This document shows positions 61,780 through 64,000 of a DNA stretch of 64,000 nucleotides, one piece after another; the first letter of the stretch is position 1; each line of letters begins with the position of its first letter. The notes under the pieces are model-generated. The model searched no databases and had not been told where the DNA came from. It saw only the letters and a program-made list of their open reading frames with translations. The stretch comes from Octopus bimaculoides (lineage: Eukaryota). A program made the translations under genes and the position numbers. The stretch spans positions 89,417,245-89,481,244 of the forward strand of contig NC_068987.1 in assembly GCF_001194135.2 (NCBI RefSeq), written 5' to 3'.

Positions 61780-62365
61780 TTAGGATCTAGTGGTTAGGTT
61801 GTTGCACTCACAATCACAAGTTCTAGGTTTCAATTCCTAGACAGGGTGGTGCGTTGTGTTCTTTAGCAAAACACTTCATTTCATGTTGTTCTGGCATCAT
61901 TTCGACATGTGACATGTGGCACACATGGTACAACAGTGCAGGCAATGTTGATCTGATGGAGGGAGTGAGCTTATGGGAACACAGACATTTAATCTTTATA
62001 AAGAAATCATCAGTAAAAAATTGTGGAACCCTCAGCCATTGTCTAATGATGGGAGAGTCCAAAGCTTGCTTCCCAACCATACGGTTCAGGGTTCAGTCCC
62101 ATTGTGTGACACCTTGGGCAAGTGTCTCCTATTATAGCCTCAGACTGATCAAAGCCTTGTGAGTGGATTTGGTAGCTGGAAACTGAAAGAAGCCTGTCAT
62201 ATGTGTGTGTGTGTCTATTTGTGTCTGTTTTTCTCACCATCACTGCTTGACAACTGGTGTTGGTGTGTCTACATCCCTGTAACTTAGCGGTTCAGCAAAA
62301 GAGACCAAGAGAATATGAAGTATGAAATCCTGGATTTGTTTGACTAAAATGATTGAAACAAGTTA
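61780..62365 (+). mobile_element. Family F SINE followed by a family C SINE
   Basis: 61780-62062 matches 1335-1620; 62062-62365 is a C head plus partial tail. Confidence 0.75.
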
Positions 62366-63007
62366 AAAAAAAAAAGAAATATCTATGTATGATTTTGTTC
62401 TATGGATCCATAAGAATCAAGGCACATCAACTTGTAGGATGCTAGAAATGGCTAGGCACGATAACATAGAGCTAACAGTGAAGTAAAAAACATTGAATAC
62501 ATGAAGTGTTGGTAGGATACTGTAGATAGGTAAGCACCAAATCCAATTTCAACCACAGGTCCTTGGTGTTGCATAAGTATAAAAACACCATTGTTTTTAC
62601 TTTACACACACACACATTAATAGACCTGAAAGTTTCATGCCATGCATCCAACTCGGCCTTTTCGAACCATTCAGATCATGTGTGTATTAATGTTTGTTTT
62701 TTATGTAGAAGGATATATGAAAAGTCAAACATTAATTGAAGAACCTCTTAATACATTTTTAAGTGTATCGAGAGTGGAATGTCACATTCATGCAAGGAAA
62801 AGGTTGACAGTAACTTCAAAGTTTTGCTGGTTGTTGACTTTGTCAGACTAAAAAGTTTGATGTTTTTTTTTCCAATTTTCATATACTTTCATGTTGCTGT
62901 TGCGATATGGTATGTGGTTTAAATGGTGTGTCTTTGACATTAGAAAAAAAAAATCTTTATGGATTGTTTGAAAGGGTTAGCAGCATCAAAGAGATGATAT
63001 GAATTAA

Positions 63008-63215
63008 ATCATTATCATCATCATTATCATCATTTAATGTTTGTTTTCCATGCTGGCATGGGTTGGAATGGTTGACAGGAGCTGGCAAGCCAGAGGTTTG
63101 CACCAGGGTCCAGTTGTCTGTTTTGGCTTGGGCTCTATGGTTGGATGCCTTTCCTAAAACCAACCACTTCGCAGAGTGTACTTGGCTGCTTTATATGTGG
63201 CACCAGCAGTGAGAC
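63008..63215 (-). mobile_element. Family A repeat
   Basis: (CAT)n, CCATGCTGGCATGGG, GGATGCCTTTCCTAAAACCAACCAC. Confidence 0.75.
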
Positions 63216-63813
63216 AGTTGTGACACGAGAGAGAGAGAGGTGGGGGAGAGATGAATAAAGAGAGGAAGGAGCTTGCAGGAGAGCAGAGTGATGCAGGATA
63301 GAGAAGACACATACGAATATATTAAGCTGAAGCAAAGTTTTTCAGTCGATGTTTATAGGAAGGAGATGGGAAGAAAGATGTCGATTGAGAAGGTGTGGAG
63401 AGGGGGAAGGTGGAGAAGAAGTTTGTAGGATTTTGGAGAGATGGATGGAGATGGATGGAAAAACTAGAACAAGTTCTAGTTTGCTTTGTTAGGTAGTTCT
63501 AAATTAGGTTGTATTTGGTGTAAGAAGTTAAGGATTTGTATTAATTTATCATTTGGAATCATTGAAGCATGTATGTAATGACAGGTGAAAGGGAAGTTAG
63601 ATTTGTATGCAAGCATTGAATAAAAACTGGTTACCCTCTATGATTTGTGTAGAAAGGTCACCTCTAAACATACCTTAAACTGAGAAGAGATTTATTTCTA
63701 AATTCAGGTCATTGTAAATAAAAAATGTTATTAGTCTTAATGCTTTTTCATATTATCAGTGGGAAATGTAATTATATTTGCAAGTATAACTACAATATTT
63801 ATATACATACATA

Positions 63814-63978
63814 GGCGCAAGAGTGGCTGTGTGGTAAGTAGCTTGCTTACCAACCACATGGTTCTGGGTTCAGTCTCACTGCGTGGCACCCTGCGCAAGT
63901 GTCTTCTGCTATAGCCTCAGGCCGACCAAAGCCTTGTGAGTGGATTTGGTAGACGGAAACTGAAACAAGCCCGTCGTT
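63814..63978 (+). mobile_element. Family C head, well preserved
   Basis: GGCGCAAGAGTGGCTGTGTGGT A box, GGGTTCAGTCTC B box. Confidence 0.85.
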
Positions 63979-64000
63979 CATATATATATATATATATATA

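Overview
Eukaryotic, AT-rich, repeat-saturated draft-assembly sequence with many N gaps, almost all abutting (AT)n, (AG)n or (AC)n microsatellites. The repeat complement resembles coleoid cephalopod (Octopus-like) DNA; this is recognition from memory, not a database result. No intact long ORF is present, and nearly every entry in the supplied ORF track is a microsatellite, gap or decayed-transposon artefact. Contents: (1) several SINE-like interspersed families, labelled here A/A2 ((GAT)n tail), B (Nin/Deu-like core), C (tRNA head, microsatellite hinge, tail), D, E and F; (2) decayed autonomous elements: Chapaev3-like, two mariner copies, maT/DD37D, a HERO-like RLE LINE, a CR1/L2-like LINE with a nested solo LTR and a TTAA MITE, an RTE LINE, and Penelope-like (PLE) remnants; (3) several PLE-type minimal hammerhead ribozyme motifs, some in diverging inverted pairs, plus MITE-like foldbacks; (4) one credible host-gene signal, a 37-nt + strand coding exon at 25706-25742 (MKTLVGIIVLLT, phase-1 GTGAGT donor) resembling a signal-peptide exon, with weaker candidate 18-nt phase-1 microexons downstream and a pre-miRNA-like hairpin in the putative intron. 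Most interesting: the hammerhead-bearing inverted elements, the 3' tail shared by the CR1-like LINE and SINE C, tail swapping on one SINE head, and the possible microexon-built secreted-protein gene. Repeat boundaries were read by eye and are approximate unless TSDs are given.
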